The translations under genes and the position numbers were made by a program. DNA of 64,000 nt from a virus (lineage: Duplodnaviria > Caudoviricetes), in the IMG/VR virus record IMGVR_UViG_3300025030_000042; one strand, 5' to 3'. Below are positions 27,930-36,386 of this stretch, one piece after another (the stretch's first letter is position 1; each line of letters begins with the position of its first letter). The notes under the pieces were generated by a model that was given only the letters and a program-made list of their open reading frames with translations, was not told the origin of the DNA and did no database searches.

Positions 27930-27957
27930 GTTATACGATCGTGGATGGGTTTTATTT
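27930..27957 (-). promoter_or_regulatory. phage promoter motif copy 4
   Basis: AAATA-N12-GATCGTATAAC. Confidence 0.8.
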
Positions 27958-27958
27958 T

Positions 27959-28351
27959 TCATTTCTCCGAAACAAAATAGGGTCGCAATTCCCCTCGAAT
28001 ATCCCAATAATGTCCACTATGTGTTGCCAGATCGCAAACCTCTTTCGGACCATAGTCGAGCTTTTCGTAATAGTCCTCGCGATCCCTATGGGTCGAAACA
28101 ATCTTACCATCAGGCATCGTATAACAGAACACAATTTTGCGCGCAATCATATCGCGCGTTGCTTGCTTCCAACCATCGCAATAAGAAAAAACCCATTGCG
28201 GGCACTTTGCTTTTTTCAAGGATTCGGTGATCTCGCATTCCTCCTTATTGATATCGCTGGAAAGCATACCATAAATTTGTGCTTTGCTGTAAAGATCGGC
28301 AAGTTGTCGAATCGCACGATTTTGATGATTGTATGCAGTCTGGAATTTCAT
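27959..28351 (-). CDS. early hypothetical protein
   Basis: AAAGGA RBS, own promoter. Confidence 0.75.
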   Translation of the reverse strand: MKFQTAYNHQNRAIRQLADLYSKAQIYGMLSSDINKEECEITESLKKAKCPQWVFSYCDGWKQATRDMIARKIVFCYTMPDGKIVSTHRDREDYYEKLDYGPKEVCDLATHSGHYWDIRGELRPYFVSEK

Positions 28352-28381
28352 TTGCCGATCCTTTGTTGGATGGTTCGATCG

Positions 28382-28409
28382 GTTATACGATCGGGAGCGG
28401 TTTTTATTT
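28382..28409 (-). promoter_or_regulatory. phage promoter motif copy 5
   Basis: AAATA-N12-GATCGTATAAC. Confidence 0.8.
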
Positions 28410-28462
28410 TTGTTATCGCTCCCGATATCGTTATCCTTTGTCGCGCGCGCCTGGCGGGGCCA

Positions 28463-28735
28463 TCATCGCCGGCGCGATCCTCGGCCAAATTGGCCAAATG
28501 TTACCATTGTGGATGGGATCGCGTTAGCGATGAACTTTGCCATATCGCCGTACCAGTTTTGTGCGCGCGCTAGGCGAGAATATGGCAGGTTTTCAAAATT
28601 TTGCTTGAGATATTCCAATTCATCGCCGTCCGCTTGTATCTCTGTGACCAAATTTTCCGTATTCATAACTCTCAAGGTTTCGCCCACGTGCCATTGTACC
28701 TCTTTTCCGGAATTCAATATAATATAAAGTGCCAT
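28463..28735 (-). CDS. early hypothetical protein
   Basis: AAAGGA RBS, own promoter. Confidence 0.7.
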   Translation of the reverse strand: MALYIILNSGKEVQWHVGETLRVMNTENLVTEIQADGDELEYLKQNFENLPYSRLARAQNWYGDMAKFIANAIPSTMVTFGQFGRGSRRR

Positions 28736-28756
28736 CGGATGTTCCTTTGTTGGAAA

Positions 28757-28784
28757 GTTATACGATCGCCACTGGAGAATATTT
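28757..28784 (-). promoter_or_regulatory. phage promoter motif copy 6
   Basis: AAATA-N12-GATCGTATAAC. Confidence 0.8.
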
Positions 28785-28787
28785 GTT

Positions 28788-28970
28788 TTAACTCATCGCA
28801 GAATAAGCGATATGATTCTGCAGTGTTAGATCGGCTTCTCGTTTTGCCTCACTTTTGGTTCCAGCGGTCCATACGCTAACAACACACCGTCCGTAATGAT
28901 ACCAGTCGCAAAGCCAACCGCTATCCTTCTTTACCATTTTTAGAGTATATTGTTTCCTTTTGTTTTCCAT
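28788..28970 (-). CDS. early hypothetical protein
   Basis: start re-picked MENKRKQY. Confidence 0.6.
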   Translation of the reverse strand: MENKRKQYTLKMVKKDSGWLCDWYHYGRCVVSVWTAGTKSEAKREADLTLQNHIAYSAMS

Positions 28971-28978
28971 TGTTTTTT

Positions 28979-29152
28979 TTACTTCGCCTCTGTCTCTGTT
29001 TCTGACACGTTGAATCCCGTTTGCGTCAAGATTGCCCACAACGTTTTGACGTGCACGCTTTCGACCTTGTTTGCGTCAAGTTCATTCAGCCAGTTTCGCA
29101 AAATCTTTTGAAATTCCTCTCCGGTCATTTGACTTACATGTTTCCAAGCCAT
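28979..29152 (-). CDS. 57 aa early protein (not in track)
   Basis: MAWKHVSQMTGEEFQKILRNWLNELDANKV..; AAGGA RBS after promoter copy 7. Confidence 0.65.
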   Translation of the reverse strand: MAWKHVSQMTGEEFQKILRNWLNELDANKVESVHVKTLWAILTQTGFNVSETETEAK

Positions 29153-29183
29153 TGGATTGATCCTTGTTCGTTTCGTTCATAAG

Positions 29184-29211
29184 GTTATACGATCGTCGGC
29201 AGGATTTATTT
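29184..29211 (-). promoter_or_regulatory. phage promoter motif copy 7
   Basis: AAATA-N12-GATCGTATAAC. Confidence 0.8.
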
Positions 29212-29471
29212 CAAGCCTTCTTTCTTTTTGTTACCGCCGGAATTCCGGCCGCCGGAGACTTTCCTTGCTGCTCTGCTTCCGAATCCAAATGATCCAGAGC
29301 AATATCAACCACTTCGTTCTTTACCTTCGTTGTCGTGTTGTGCAAAGCCTTTAGATTGTTCCAGAAAATCGTCATATTCTGGCGTGCCAAAGCCGATCGG
29401 GCTTGCACCAGCGACTTTTCGATGGTTTCGAGAAGTTCCACAAGCGCCGTCTTTTCGTTTAGGGTGAGCAT
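29211..29471 (-). CDS. early coiled-coil protein
   Basis: 86 aa, own promoter. Confidence 0.7.
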   Translation of the reverse strand: MLTLNEKTALVELLETIEKSLVQARSALARQNMTIFWNNLKALHNTTTKVKNEVVDIALDHLDSEAEQQGKSPAAGIPAVTKRKKA

Positions 29472-29503
29472 TGTTGTCTTCTTTCGTTTATGTGTTGTGG
29501 TGG

Positions 29504-29531
29504 GTTATACGATCAATGCTGGAATTTATTG
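29504..29531 (-). promoter_or_regulatory. phage promoter motif copy 8
   Basis: CAATA-N12-GATCGTATAAC. Confidence 0.75.
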
Positions 29532-29948
29532 CCGATAAATGAAGAACATTTCGCCGTCAAGTTCCGCTTCGTTTTCCTCGCCGTCATAACCTGAAATGAA
29601 ATGCCCTCTGCCATCGGCAGAAATCGCATCATTGACAAAGTGATCAAAATCCTTGATCAGCGCTCGGATCGTATCGTTGGCATCCTCGCACTTTTCCTTT
29701 TGAAACGATTGAATCATTTTCTCCGCTTCCAAGGGTAGATCCGTATGTGACAGAATGAAACCGGTATTGAATGCCCAAAAACTTTGCTCGATTTGTTCCC
29801 TGCAACGCGTATTGGCTTCGTCATTGGTCAACACAAGAAAGTTTTCCCGTTCGCCGGAAACTTCAAAGCAATCGCTATCATAATCGTTTCGTGAAACATC
29901 CTCAAGATCACAATCGAGAAACTTTGCGAGGGCTTTTGCTTTTGTCAT
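29526..29948 (-). CDS. very acidic early protein, possible DNA mimic/antirestriction
   Basis: about 32 D/E vs 14 K/R in 140 aa; GRGHFISGYDGEE. Confidence 0.6.
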   Translation of the reverse strand: MTKAKALAKFLDCDLEDVSRNDYDSDCFEVSGERENFLVLTNDEANTRCREQIEQSFWAFNTGFILSHTDLPLEAEKMIQSFQKEKCEDANDTIRALIKDFDHFVNDAISADGRGHFISGYDGEENEAELDGEMFFIYRQ

Positions 29949-29995
29949 TGGATTAAAACCTTTTGGGCGAATACTTGATATAGCTTGCGTGGCAT
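29945..29995 (-). pseudogene. 16-codon remnant duplicating the start of 31615..32007
   Basis: MPRKLYQVFAQKVLIQ*, stop overlaps next ATG. Confidence 0.7.
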
Positions 29996-30034
29996 TTGAA
30001 AAACCTTTGTTGTGGTGTTCGAAGGGTTATACGA

Positions 30035-30400
<366 letters not shown>

Positions 30401-30425
30401 TGTGCTTGTTCCTTTGCTGCGGTGT

Positions 30426-30941
30426 TCAATGAGTTATACGATCGTCGACATATTTTCTTTTGAAGAATCTTTCGAGTCCTACCTTAAAAAAGAAATTGTG
30501 ATCAATGTCATTTGCTTTATAGGTTTCGCGCATACAATTAAAAAGAACATGGCTTAACTCGTGAATAAATGTAATGTATAGTTTATATTCCGTGCCGTTG
30601 GAGATTTTGATCGTTCTTTCATATGGTATCGTAACTCCGTTACATTGTTCAACATTATCTGAACACAGCACTGAATCTGAATCAAAGAATGTTATCTGTG
30701 TTATCGGAAGTTCTTCGTTTGCCATACAATCGAGCGTGGCATCATTAAAAACATTTCTCCAGAAATCAAGCGTTTCTTTTGTCCACACTTCGATCATTGT
30801 CTGCTTTGGACCGTTGATATTCTCCAATTTAACGTTCGAACCGTAACTTGTTCTATAGATATGATACGGTTCGATCGGATCGATTATTTCACAGCCGACA
30901 CAACAAATAACCACAATCAAAATATTTTGTTTATTGACCAT
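30426..30941 (-). CDS. putative lipoprotein with HExxH motif
   Basis: VVICCVGC signal/lipobox; FIHELSH; start re-picked. Confidence 0.6.
   Translation of the reverse strand: MVNKQNILIVVICCVGCEIIDPIEPYHIYRTSYGSNVKLENINGPKQTMIEVWTKETLDFWRNVFNDATLDCMANEELPITQITFFDSDSVLCSDNVEQCNGVTIPYERTIKISNGTEYKLYITFIHELSHVLFNCMRETYKANDIDHNFFFKVGLERFFKRKYVDDRITH
30433..30460 (-). promoter_or_regulatory. phage promoter motif copy 10
   Basis: AAAGA-N12-GATCGTATAAC. Confidence 0.7.
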
Positions 30942-31320
30942 AGACATTACCCTTGAAAACATAAAGATCATAAGATCCAAAAGACTTTGATTTTTCCGAA
31001 AGTTTGTCTCCCAATTCCCCAAGTCCACGATCCCAGAACCCTGCGCCATGGCCATTGCGCGTCAACCAAAAATCGTGTCCAGCGTGGCTTTCATCGTATT
31101 CCTCATAATATTCCATAAGTTCGACTTTTGCATACTCTTGAAAATCTTCACATTCCTTGATCATTTTTTTTAGAATCTTTGAATCAATATCCTCAATTCC
31201 ATAGTTATCTTCTAGTGATGCTTCCATTTCGCCGTCTTCCGACCATTCGGTCGAAGACCATAAAGCACGCTCAAGATAGCCTGTCACAAAATCACTTAGA
31301 TTATCAAGATCGATCGTCAT
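30931..31320 (-). CDS. acidic early protein (GHDFWLTRNGHGAGFWD motif)
   Basis: about 30 D/E vs 12 K/R; own promoter. Confidence 0.75.
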   Translation of the reverse strand: MTIDLDNLSDFVTGYLERALWSSTEWSEDGEMEASLEDNYGIEDIDSKILKKMIKECEDFQEYAKVELMEYYEEYDESHAGHDFWLTRNGHGAGFWDRGLGELGDKLSEKSKSFGSYDLYVFKGNVYGQ

Positions 31321-31351
31321 TTTGTTTCTCGCTTGTTGGGTTGCTTGTGGA

Positions 31352-31379
31352 GTTATACGATCGAACCTGGAGATTATTC
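31352..31379 (-). promoter_or_regulatory. phage promoter motif copy 11
   Basis: GAATA-N12-GATCGTATAAC. Confidence 0.75.
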
Positions 31380-31568
31380 GCTAGAATCTTCGATAAATGA
31401 ATAATTTTTATACAATGAGCCATCTATATATTTTATCATAATATAACTAAGTTTATTTCTATTTTCTCCAAAAAGAATACCATATAAACTCAAGATCGAT
31501 TCTGGATTACCAACAACACTATTGCACGAAGAATCTTGTTCGTCATATGCCCATTGCAGTATTAACAT
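31374..31568 (-). CDS. hypothetical protein
   Basis: AAGGA RBS; AT-rich. Confidence 0.55.
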   Translation of the reverse strand: MLILQWAYDEQDSSCNSVVGNPESILSLYGILFGENRNKLSYIMIKYIDGSLYKNYSFIEDSSE

Positions 31569-31614
31569 TTTCTTTGTTTTCCTTACTTTTTTAGAAAAAC
31601 AAATTTAACTTTGT

Positions 31615-32007
31615 TTACTCGCTATCCGGAATTTCATTTGTCAGAACATCATAGAAAATCTCTTTAATGTAATCTTTGATATCGTTTCGATTCTTTCCGG
31701 AAACCTTCACATTAATCTGATTGTCTAGCGAAGCGGTAACGGTAACTCTGTGGTTTGTCCAATCATCATAAAAACCATTTTCGTTCATATGATGAAATGC
31801 GGTAAAAAACATAAGCTTTTCGCCAGTTGAATAATCAAGATCGATCGTTGTTCCAGAGTCAAATCCCGATCCGCTGGGCATACGATTCTTAACAAGTTCT
31901 TCGATCTTTGTGGTATGGTTATCAAACCATACGTCATTGTCGTGCTTTTCGCAGTTACGGCGCGCCTGAACTGTGCTGGCGAATACTTGATATAGCTTGC
32001 GTGGCAT
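31615..32007 (-). CDS. early hypothetical protein (PSGSGFD..FHHM motif)
   Basis: 130 aa, own promoter. Confidence 0.75.
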   Translation of the reverse strand: MPRKLYQVFASTVQARRNCEKHDNDVWFDNHTTKIEELVKNRMPSGSGFDSGTTIDLDYSTGEKLMFFTAFHHMNENGFYDDWTNHRVTVTASLDNQINVKVSGKNRNDIKDYIKEIFYDVLTNEIPDSE

Positions 32008-32037
32008 TTGAAAAACCTTTGTTGTGGTGTTCGAAGG

Positions 32038-32065
32038 GTTATACGATTCAGGCTTAGAAACATTT
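32038..32065 (-). promoter_or_regulatory. phage promoter motif copy 12 (variant)
   Basis: AAATG-N12-AATCGTATAAC; GATC lost. Confidence 0.7.
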
Positions 32066-32283
32066 TAGCAATCCGCTTTGATACTGGTCAATGCTGCTTC
32101 CATGAATGAAGTTGTTTGTTTCTTTTTCTTTAGAATGGCGCGCATTTGTGCTTCTCGACGCTTCAGCCAATCGATCCAATCGAGTGTACAACGAAGACAT
32201 AAGGCGCAAGTTTCGGTCCATTTGTGCCCCGTGGCGGGGTGGAAAGGACCGCGACAGATTAAACATTGCGTTGGGCAAGTCAT
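32065..32283 (-). CDS. small zinc-finger early protein
   Basis: CxxC..H..CxxC. Confidence 0.65.
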   Translation of the reverse strand: MTCPTQCLICRGPFHPATGHKWTETCALCLRCTLDWIDWLKRREAQMRAILKKKKQTTSFMEAALTSIKADC

Positions 32284-32300
32284 TTTATTGTCTCCGGAGA

Positions 32301-32328
32301 GTTATACGATCGTCAATCGGATTTATTT
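32301..32328 (-). promoter_or_regulatory. phage promoter motif copy 13
   Basis: AAATA-N12-GATCGTATAAC. Confidence 0.8.
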
Positions 32329-32771
32329 CTTTTTTGTTGTGCCCGTCGCAAACATCGGGAATCGCTCGCATATGGCAGGACCGATCCATTTTGATACTCT
32401 TTTGCTATACTATCAATCAAATTGGACGGCAGTGTTTTCGCAATGATAGTTGCCCAACGATTGATATCACGATCGGACAAGGGAGGTTGAATTGGCGCAA
32501 TGTCGCTTGCTTGCGATTCTAGGGACCTGTGCGCCTCGTGGGGGCGTCGGGAAACATTTTGTGATGCGTTATGTCCATTTTGCTTAAATCGCCTCTCACG
32601 AGAAAAAAACACTCTCTTTTTTATAATCCTTTCCGCACACCAAAAAGAAATCCATCCCACGACAAATCCAATGAAATATATGCTCGTTGTCCAAGATGGA
32701 GATCCCCAAGAAAATGCCCAACAAATCAAAAAAGCTGGCGATACGATCGAAAACAATCTTAAAAGTTTCAT
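32313..32771 (-). CDS. membrane protein (2 N-terminal TM)
   Basis: 152 aa ORF. Confidence 0.5.
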   Translation of the reverse strand: MKLLRLFSIVSPAFLICWAFSWGSPSWTTSIYFIGFVVGWISFWCAERIIKKRVFFSRERRFKQNGHNASQNVSRRPHEAHRSLESQASDIAPIQPPLSDRDINRWATIIAKTLPSNLIDSIAKEYQNGSVLPYASDSRCLRRAQQKRNKSD

Positions 32772-32794
32772 TAGTTTTCATTTGGTTTTGTTTT

Positions 32795-33004
32795 TCAAAA
32801 TTCCGGCATATCCGGTTTGATCATTCCCAAAAGCAACGCTTGTTCCGCTCCAATAACCTTGTGCTCGCCACACTCCGGACAATCGTAGCCTTCCGCGTCA
32901 GGTTCGGTTGTGTCACGAGTGAAATCTTGACAAACCGGACACCAGCCTTGATATGAATCAACGGCATCTTGATAGTCTTCGAAGGAAACGACGATGGTTT
33001 TCAT
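32795..33004 (-). CDS. acidic zinc-ribbon protein
   Basis: GWCPVC..EPDAEGYDCPECG. Confidence 0.75.
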   Translation of the reverse strand: MKTIVVSFEDYQDAVDSYQGWCPVCQDFTRDTTEPDAEGYDCPECGEHKVIGAEQALLLGMIKPDMPEF

Positions 33005-33005
33005 T

Positions 33006-33215
33006 TCACTTCTTCCATATTTTTATAGTTTCTTCAGTAGCGTCTTCAAGTGGACACCAATCAGGACAACTATCAATATCTTTAATCTCTTTTTTGTTCA
33101 TAGCAAAACAAATGTGGTATTTTGCTTCTTGATAAAAATGATGATCGGCGGTATATACTTCCTTTCTATTCCTACAATACATACAACTTGGTACAAGAAT
33201 CACCATTTGCTTCAT
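33006..33215 (-). CDS. Cys-rich hypothetical protein
   Basis: CxxC..C..CPDWCPL; start re-picked. Confidence 0.65.
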   Translation of the reverse strand: MKQMVILVPSCMYCRNRKEVYTADHHFYQEAKYHICFAMNKKEIKDIDSCPDWCPLEDATEETIKIWKK

Positions 33216-33430
33216 TGCCCCTGCTCCGCGCAACTTCCGGAGCAAACGGAACGAGGTTCGCCCATATCGCACTCGAAACGGTCATCATCATCATTGTTTT
33301 CGTCAAGTTCATCGATCATCTCGAATGTCTCTTGACGATTTCGAGAACGATTGTAAGCCACCTTGCTTTGATGGGCGAGATCCCACTTGTTTCGAATCGG
33401 ATGAAGATTCTTGTGTCGATTGATTTTCAT
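33212..33430 (-). CDS. early hypothetical protein
   Basis: follows promoter copy 14. Confidence 0.6.
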   Translation of the reverse strand: MKINRHKNLHPIRNKWDLAHQSKVAYNRSRNRQETFEMIDELDENNDDDDRFECDMGEPRSVCSGSCAEQGQ

Positions 33431-33483
33431 TGTCGTTCTTTCATTTGTTTCGTTAGTAATTCGTTAGTAAGTAGGTTCGTTAT

Positions 33484-33511
33484 GTTATACGATCGAAACT
33501 GAAGATTATTT
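33484..33511 (-). promoter_or_regulatory. phage promoter motif copy 14
   Basis: AAATA-N12-GATCGTATAAC. Confidence 0.8.
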
Positions 33512-33733
33512 CTTATATTTTCTTTCAATGCGCGCCATAATATTCAACGCTACATCTTCCGAAATCTCTCTATTGAAATGTTCCATAACTCCAGCAAATC
33601 GCACGGCATCGTCAATGATCCATCCTTCGTCAAAAAATCGTCCAAAATCGTCAGTAAACATACCTTCGCACTCAGGATCCAAAAGGGGCGGCAAACGGCG
33701 CCACACTTCTGTTATATATTCGTTTTTATTCAT
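33506..33733 (-). CDS. hypothetical protein
   Basis: 75 aa. Confidence 0.65.
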   Translation of the reverse strand: MNKNEYITEVWRRLPPLLDPECEGMFTDDFGRFFDEGWIIDDAVRFAGVMEHFNREISEDVALNIMARIERKYKK

Positions 33734-33737
33734 TTTT

Positions 33738-33947
33738 TCAAACCTTCTGCGTTTCGACTGCTTCAGCAGCCTTGATCAAAGCCATCGCAAGTTCACGGGC
33801 TTGTTCGGGTTTCAAAGATGCTGATTCGTGATTATTCAAAGACAATAGAACCAAATAATACGATTTTGAAGGCAATACGCACGCACAGTGATTTTCCGAC
33901 CACATAAAATCCATATGCTCTCCGCGCTTCAAATCCTTGATAATCAT
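33738..33947 (-). CDS. hypothetical protein
   Basis: LKPEQARELAMALIKAA helix motif. Confidence 0.65.
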   Translation of the reverse strand: MIIKDLKRGEHMDFMWSENHCACVLPSKSYYLVLLSLNNHESASLKPEQARELAMALIKAAEAVETQKV

Positions 33948-34110
33948 TGGTCATTTCCTTTGTCAGAGATTGTTACGAATATATTCCCTTAGATTCTTCA
34001 AGGATTGAGAAAGTTCGTGCATCCATTCAAGTGTGTTTTTTGTTTGCGACGGTGGTTTATTATCCATTTTGAATGCCTCTTTTCACATCTTTATCAATCC
34101 CTCAAGAATC

Positions 34111-34142
34111 GCACCGTCCGACCATCATCGATCGGACGGTGC
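34111..34142 (-). terminator. strong GC hairpin after 34153..34689
   Basis: 11-bp IR GCACCGTCCGA/TCGGACGGTGC; weak U tract. Confidence 0.55.
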
Positions 34143-34152
34143 CTTGTTGTCA

Positions 34153-34689
34153 TTACGCAACCTTCTTGTTCTTGCGTGATCCGCTTGCAGGCGGGGGTGT
34201 CAACACTTCGTTTGCCAGACGATCCAGAAACTCGTGACGATTTGCCTCGTTCGCTTCCTTGGCGCCTTCCTGGCGACCCGACACGCTGTAACAGTATCGC
34301 GTCAGAAGCTGTCCAAGATGCGTCAACGAATCTCCAAGGGTCTCGACACTACGATCCCATTCCGAATCGATCAACGCGCCGGCGTGCTGAACAAGGATCC
34401 GTTCGGCCTGTGCGCGATCCTCAACGGTCTTGCTCGTAACGCTCGGACCCACACCATAAGCGCGCTTTGGCTTTGCAACGGACTGACAAGCCTCAACCAA
34501 TCGCTCTGCATCTCGAAGTAGATCTACCTTCTCAAGATCGATCCCCTCACTCTCCGAAACCTGAATCAGATCTCGCATATTGAAGTTGGTGCCTTTGATA
34601 ACGTTCAGGGCAGACACCAACTTGCGAGCACGCTTCTCAACATCACTCAACGGTCCAGTCTTCGTTCCTGCAGTACGTCCACGTGGCAT
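34153..34689 (-). CDS. GC-rich early protein with AT-hook-like N-terminus
   Basis: MPRGRTAGTK; basic C-terminal tail. Confidence 0.7.
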   Translation of the reverse strand: MPRGRTAGTKTGPLSDVEKRARKLVSALNVIKGTNFNMRDLIQVSESEGIDLEKVDLLRDAERLVEACQSVAKPKRAYGVGPSVTSKTVEDRAQAERILVQHAGALIDSEWDRSVETLGDSLTHLGQLLTRYCYSVSGRQEGAKEANEANRHEFLDRLANEVLTPPPASGSRKNKKVA

Positions 34690-34801
34690 GTTACTCTACC
34701 TTTCTTGCGTCATTGACGCTTGTTGTTGCTCCGACATTGGAGCGGTTATCCCATCTCTTCTCTCGTTCCCGTTCCCGTTCGTCTTCGTCTTCTCACATTG
34801 T

Positions 34802-34829
34802 ATTATACGATCGAACCTTGTCAATATTT
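34802..34829 (-). promoter_or_regulatory. phage promoter motif copy 15
   Basis: AAATA-N12-GATCGTATAAT. Confidence 0.8.
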
Positions 34830-35096
34830 TTTTGTTCGTAACGACGGAAAAAGTTTTTTCGTGATCTCGCAATTGTCTTTACCAACGGTCCGAATCTTCA
34901 TCAAATAGCGCGCGTGCTCGAATGCTTCCTCGCGTGTGGAAAAAATTCCATAGACTTGACGCGGGGATAATCCGCCGACAGTCTGGATCATTAGACTGAT
35001 GAAGTTACTTTCGAAAGCAATATCATATAATTCACTATCTTTTGTGGGATAGGTTACGATCCAAAAGGTGAGCAGTAGATCTCTGGAGATTTTCAT
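34821..35096 (-). CDS. hypothetical protein
   Basis: 91 aa. Confidence 0.6.
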   Translation of the reverse strand: MKISRDLLLTFWIVTYPTKDSELYDIAFESNFISLMIQTVGGLSPRQVYGIFSTREEAFEHARYLMKIRTVGKDNCEITKKLFPSLRTKKY

Positions 35097-35101
35097 TGTT
35101 A

Positions 35102-35362
35102 TTATTCTTTTTCCGGAATCTTATATGTTGCTGGTTTGATTTCTTTTCTATGCCCACAACATTTACAAGTTTCAAATTCAGCAGGAGTATTTTCTTCTAG
35201 TTCAATATAATACTCGTCGCCATTTCCATTTGTTTGATCTACTTCGTTGAACCATACGCACAACTCCCGACAATACGGGCAACCCTCTTCATAATCATAA
35301 GCATCTTCTGTCCATTGATGACCATTTTTACAAAGAAGTTGTGTATATCCTTTGTATGACAT
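35102..35362 (-). CDS. zinc-ribbon protein
   Basis: CKNGH, CPYC, CKCCGH. Confidence 0.7.
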   Translation of the reverse strand: MSYKGYTQLLCKNGHQWTEDAYDYEEGCPYCRELCVWFNEVDQTNGNGDEYYIELEENTPAEFETCKCCGHRKEIKPATYKIPEKE

Positions 35363-35381
35363 TTTTTGTTATCTCTAGTGA

Positions 35382-35409
35382 GTTATACGATCCACATTGT
35401 TAAATATTT
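35382..35409 (-). promoter_or_regulatory. phage promoter motif copy 16
   Basis: AAATA-N12-GATCGTATAAC. Confidence 0.8.
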
Positions 35410-35410
35410 G

Positions 35411-35479
35411 TTCCTGGGAAAGGATTTGAACCTTTACTTGGGATGATCAGTCCTGCCTCTACCATTGGGCTACCCAGGA
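35411..35479 (-). tRNA. tRNA-like element with 3-bp anticodon stem (loop CUGAUCA)
   Basis: TCCTGGG/CCCAGGA, GCC-CAATGGTAGA-GGC, GGA-CTGATCA-TCC, AAAGG-TTCAAAT-CCTTT; ends A-CAA. Confidence 0.65.
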
Positions 35480-35513
35480 AAAAGTAAACCGGGGTAGTTA
35501 TTGTCTCTACCCC
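35480..35513 (-). terminator. intrinsic terminator
   Basis: GGGGTAG/CTACCCC hairpin then TTTACTTTT. Confidence 0.65.
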
Positions 35514-35529
35514 AGTCTGGTTTGTTATA

Positions 35530-35835
35530 TTACGCAAGATTGAATCCCTTCAGAGTTAGAAAGTAACTCGTCTCATCACGAGCACTCTGAACCACATATC
35601 CCAACTCGACATACCGCGCCAGGGTCGGGGCACTGAAAAGACTCTCGTCGAAGCCCTGCCCCGCCATCAAGTCACCGTTACGAATCAGCACGCGAAGTTT
35701 GCTGACACGATCCACCTTGATACCTGCCGGGCGACCACGCTTGCGCCTCGGAAACTCCACAACACCGCTCTGCTCGATGCTCTGCTCGACACTCTGTACC
35801 GGAACCACCCGAAGCTGAAGATTCATCGTGTCCAT
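35530..35835 (-). CDS. GC-rich early protein with AT-hook
   Basis: RRKRGRPAG; GGAG RBS. Confidence 0.7.
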   Translation of the reverse strand: MDTMNLQLRVVPVQSVEQSIEQSGVVEFPRRKRGRPAGIKVDRVSKLRVLIRNGDLMAGQGFDESLFSAPTLARYVELGYVVQSARDETSYFLTLKGFNLA

Positions 35836-35865
35836 TTGCTCCTGCCTTTCTTGTTTGTTCGCTCG

Positions 35866-35893
35866 ATTATACGATCGGACCTGAAGAATATTT
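35866..35893 (-). promoter_or_regulatory. phage promoter motif copy 17
   Basis: AAATA-N12-GATCGTATAAT. Confidence 0.8.
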
Positions 35894-35905
35894 TGTTTTC
35901 TTTCT

Positions 35906-36157
35906 TTAGTTCTCGCCCTTCTTTGGTGACATTGACACTTTTCTCATTTCAACCAAGTGTTTCGCTACCTTGACTGTTTCGACCATTTCATATACGAAGT
36001 TGAACTCTTCAATCAATCCCTTTTGTTTAATGATTTCCAAAATATTCCGAAGATCAACATACCGATAAAGATCGGTGGTTTCGCTACTATGAATGAGCAT
36101 AATTTTAACATTACAACCTTCGATCAATAGATCGAGATGCGATGATTCTTTTTCCAT
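35906..36157 (-). CDS. hypothetical protein
   Basis: 83 aa. Confidence 0.65.
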   Translation of the reverse strand: MEKESSHLDLLIEGCNVKIMLIHSSETTDLYRYVDLRNILEIIKQKGLIEEFNFVYEMVETVKVAKHLVEMRKVSMSPKKGEN

Positions 36158-36166
36158 TGCTCGCCT

Positions 36167-36385
36167 TCAACTTTCTTGTCGCAAATCATTCATCATACAT
36201 TTAGAAATGGATATCTGTAGTTGTTGACACGGGCGCATCAAAAAACTTTCGTCATACCATTTAATACAATCGTCTGAAAACCAATAAACTTCATATCTCC
36301 TTTCTTGATAAGAAACAACGATCCCTAGTGATTCGTCATCATAGATTCTGGAAATGAAATCACCGATGGCAAACTTTCGATTCAT
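36167..36385 (-). CDS. K(V/I)GDL-family protein
   Basis: FAIGDFI..LGIVV..YEVYWF. Confidence 0.7.
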   Translation of the reverse strand: MNRKFAIGDFISRIYDDESLGIVVSYQERRYEVYWFSDDCIKWYDESFLMRPCQQLQISISKCMMNDLRQES

Positions 36386-36386
36386 T

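Noticed and set aside
34819-34824. TTGACA in promoter copy 15 as a sigma70 -35
   Set aside because: Only 11 bp from TATAAT; the AAATA box fits the shared 17-bp geometry
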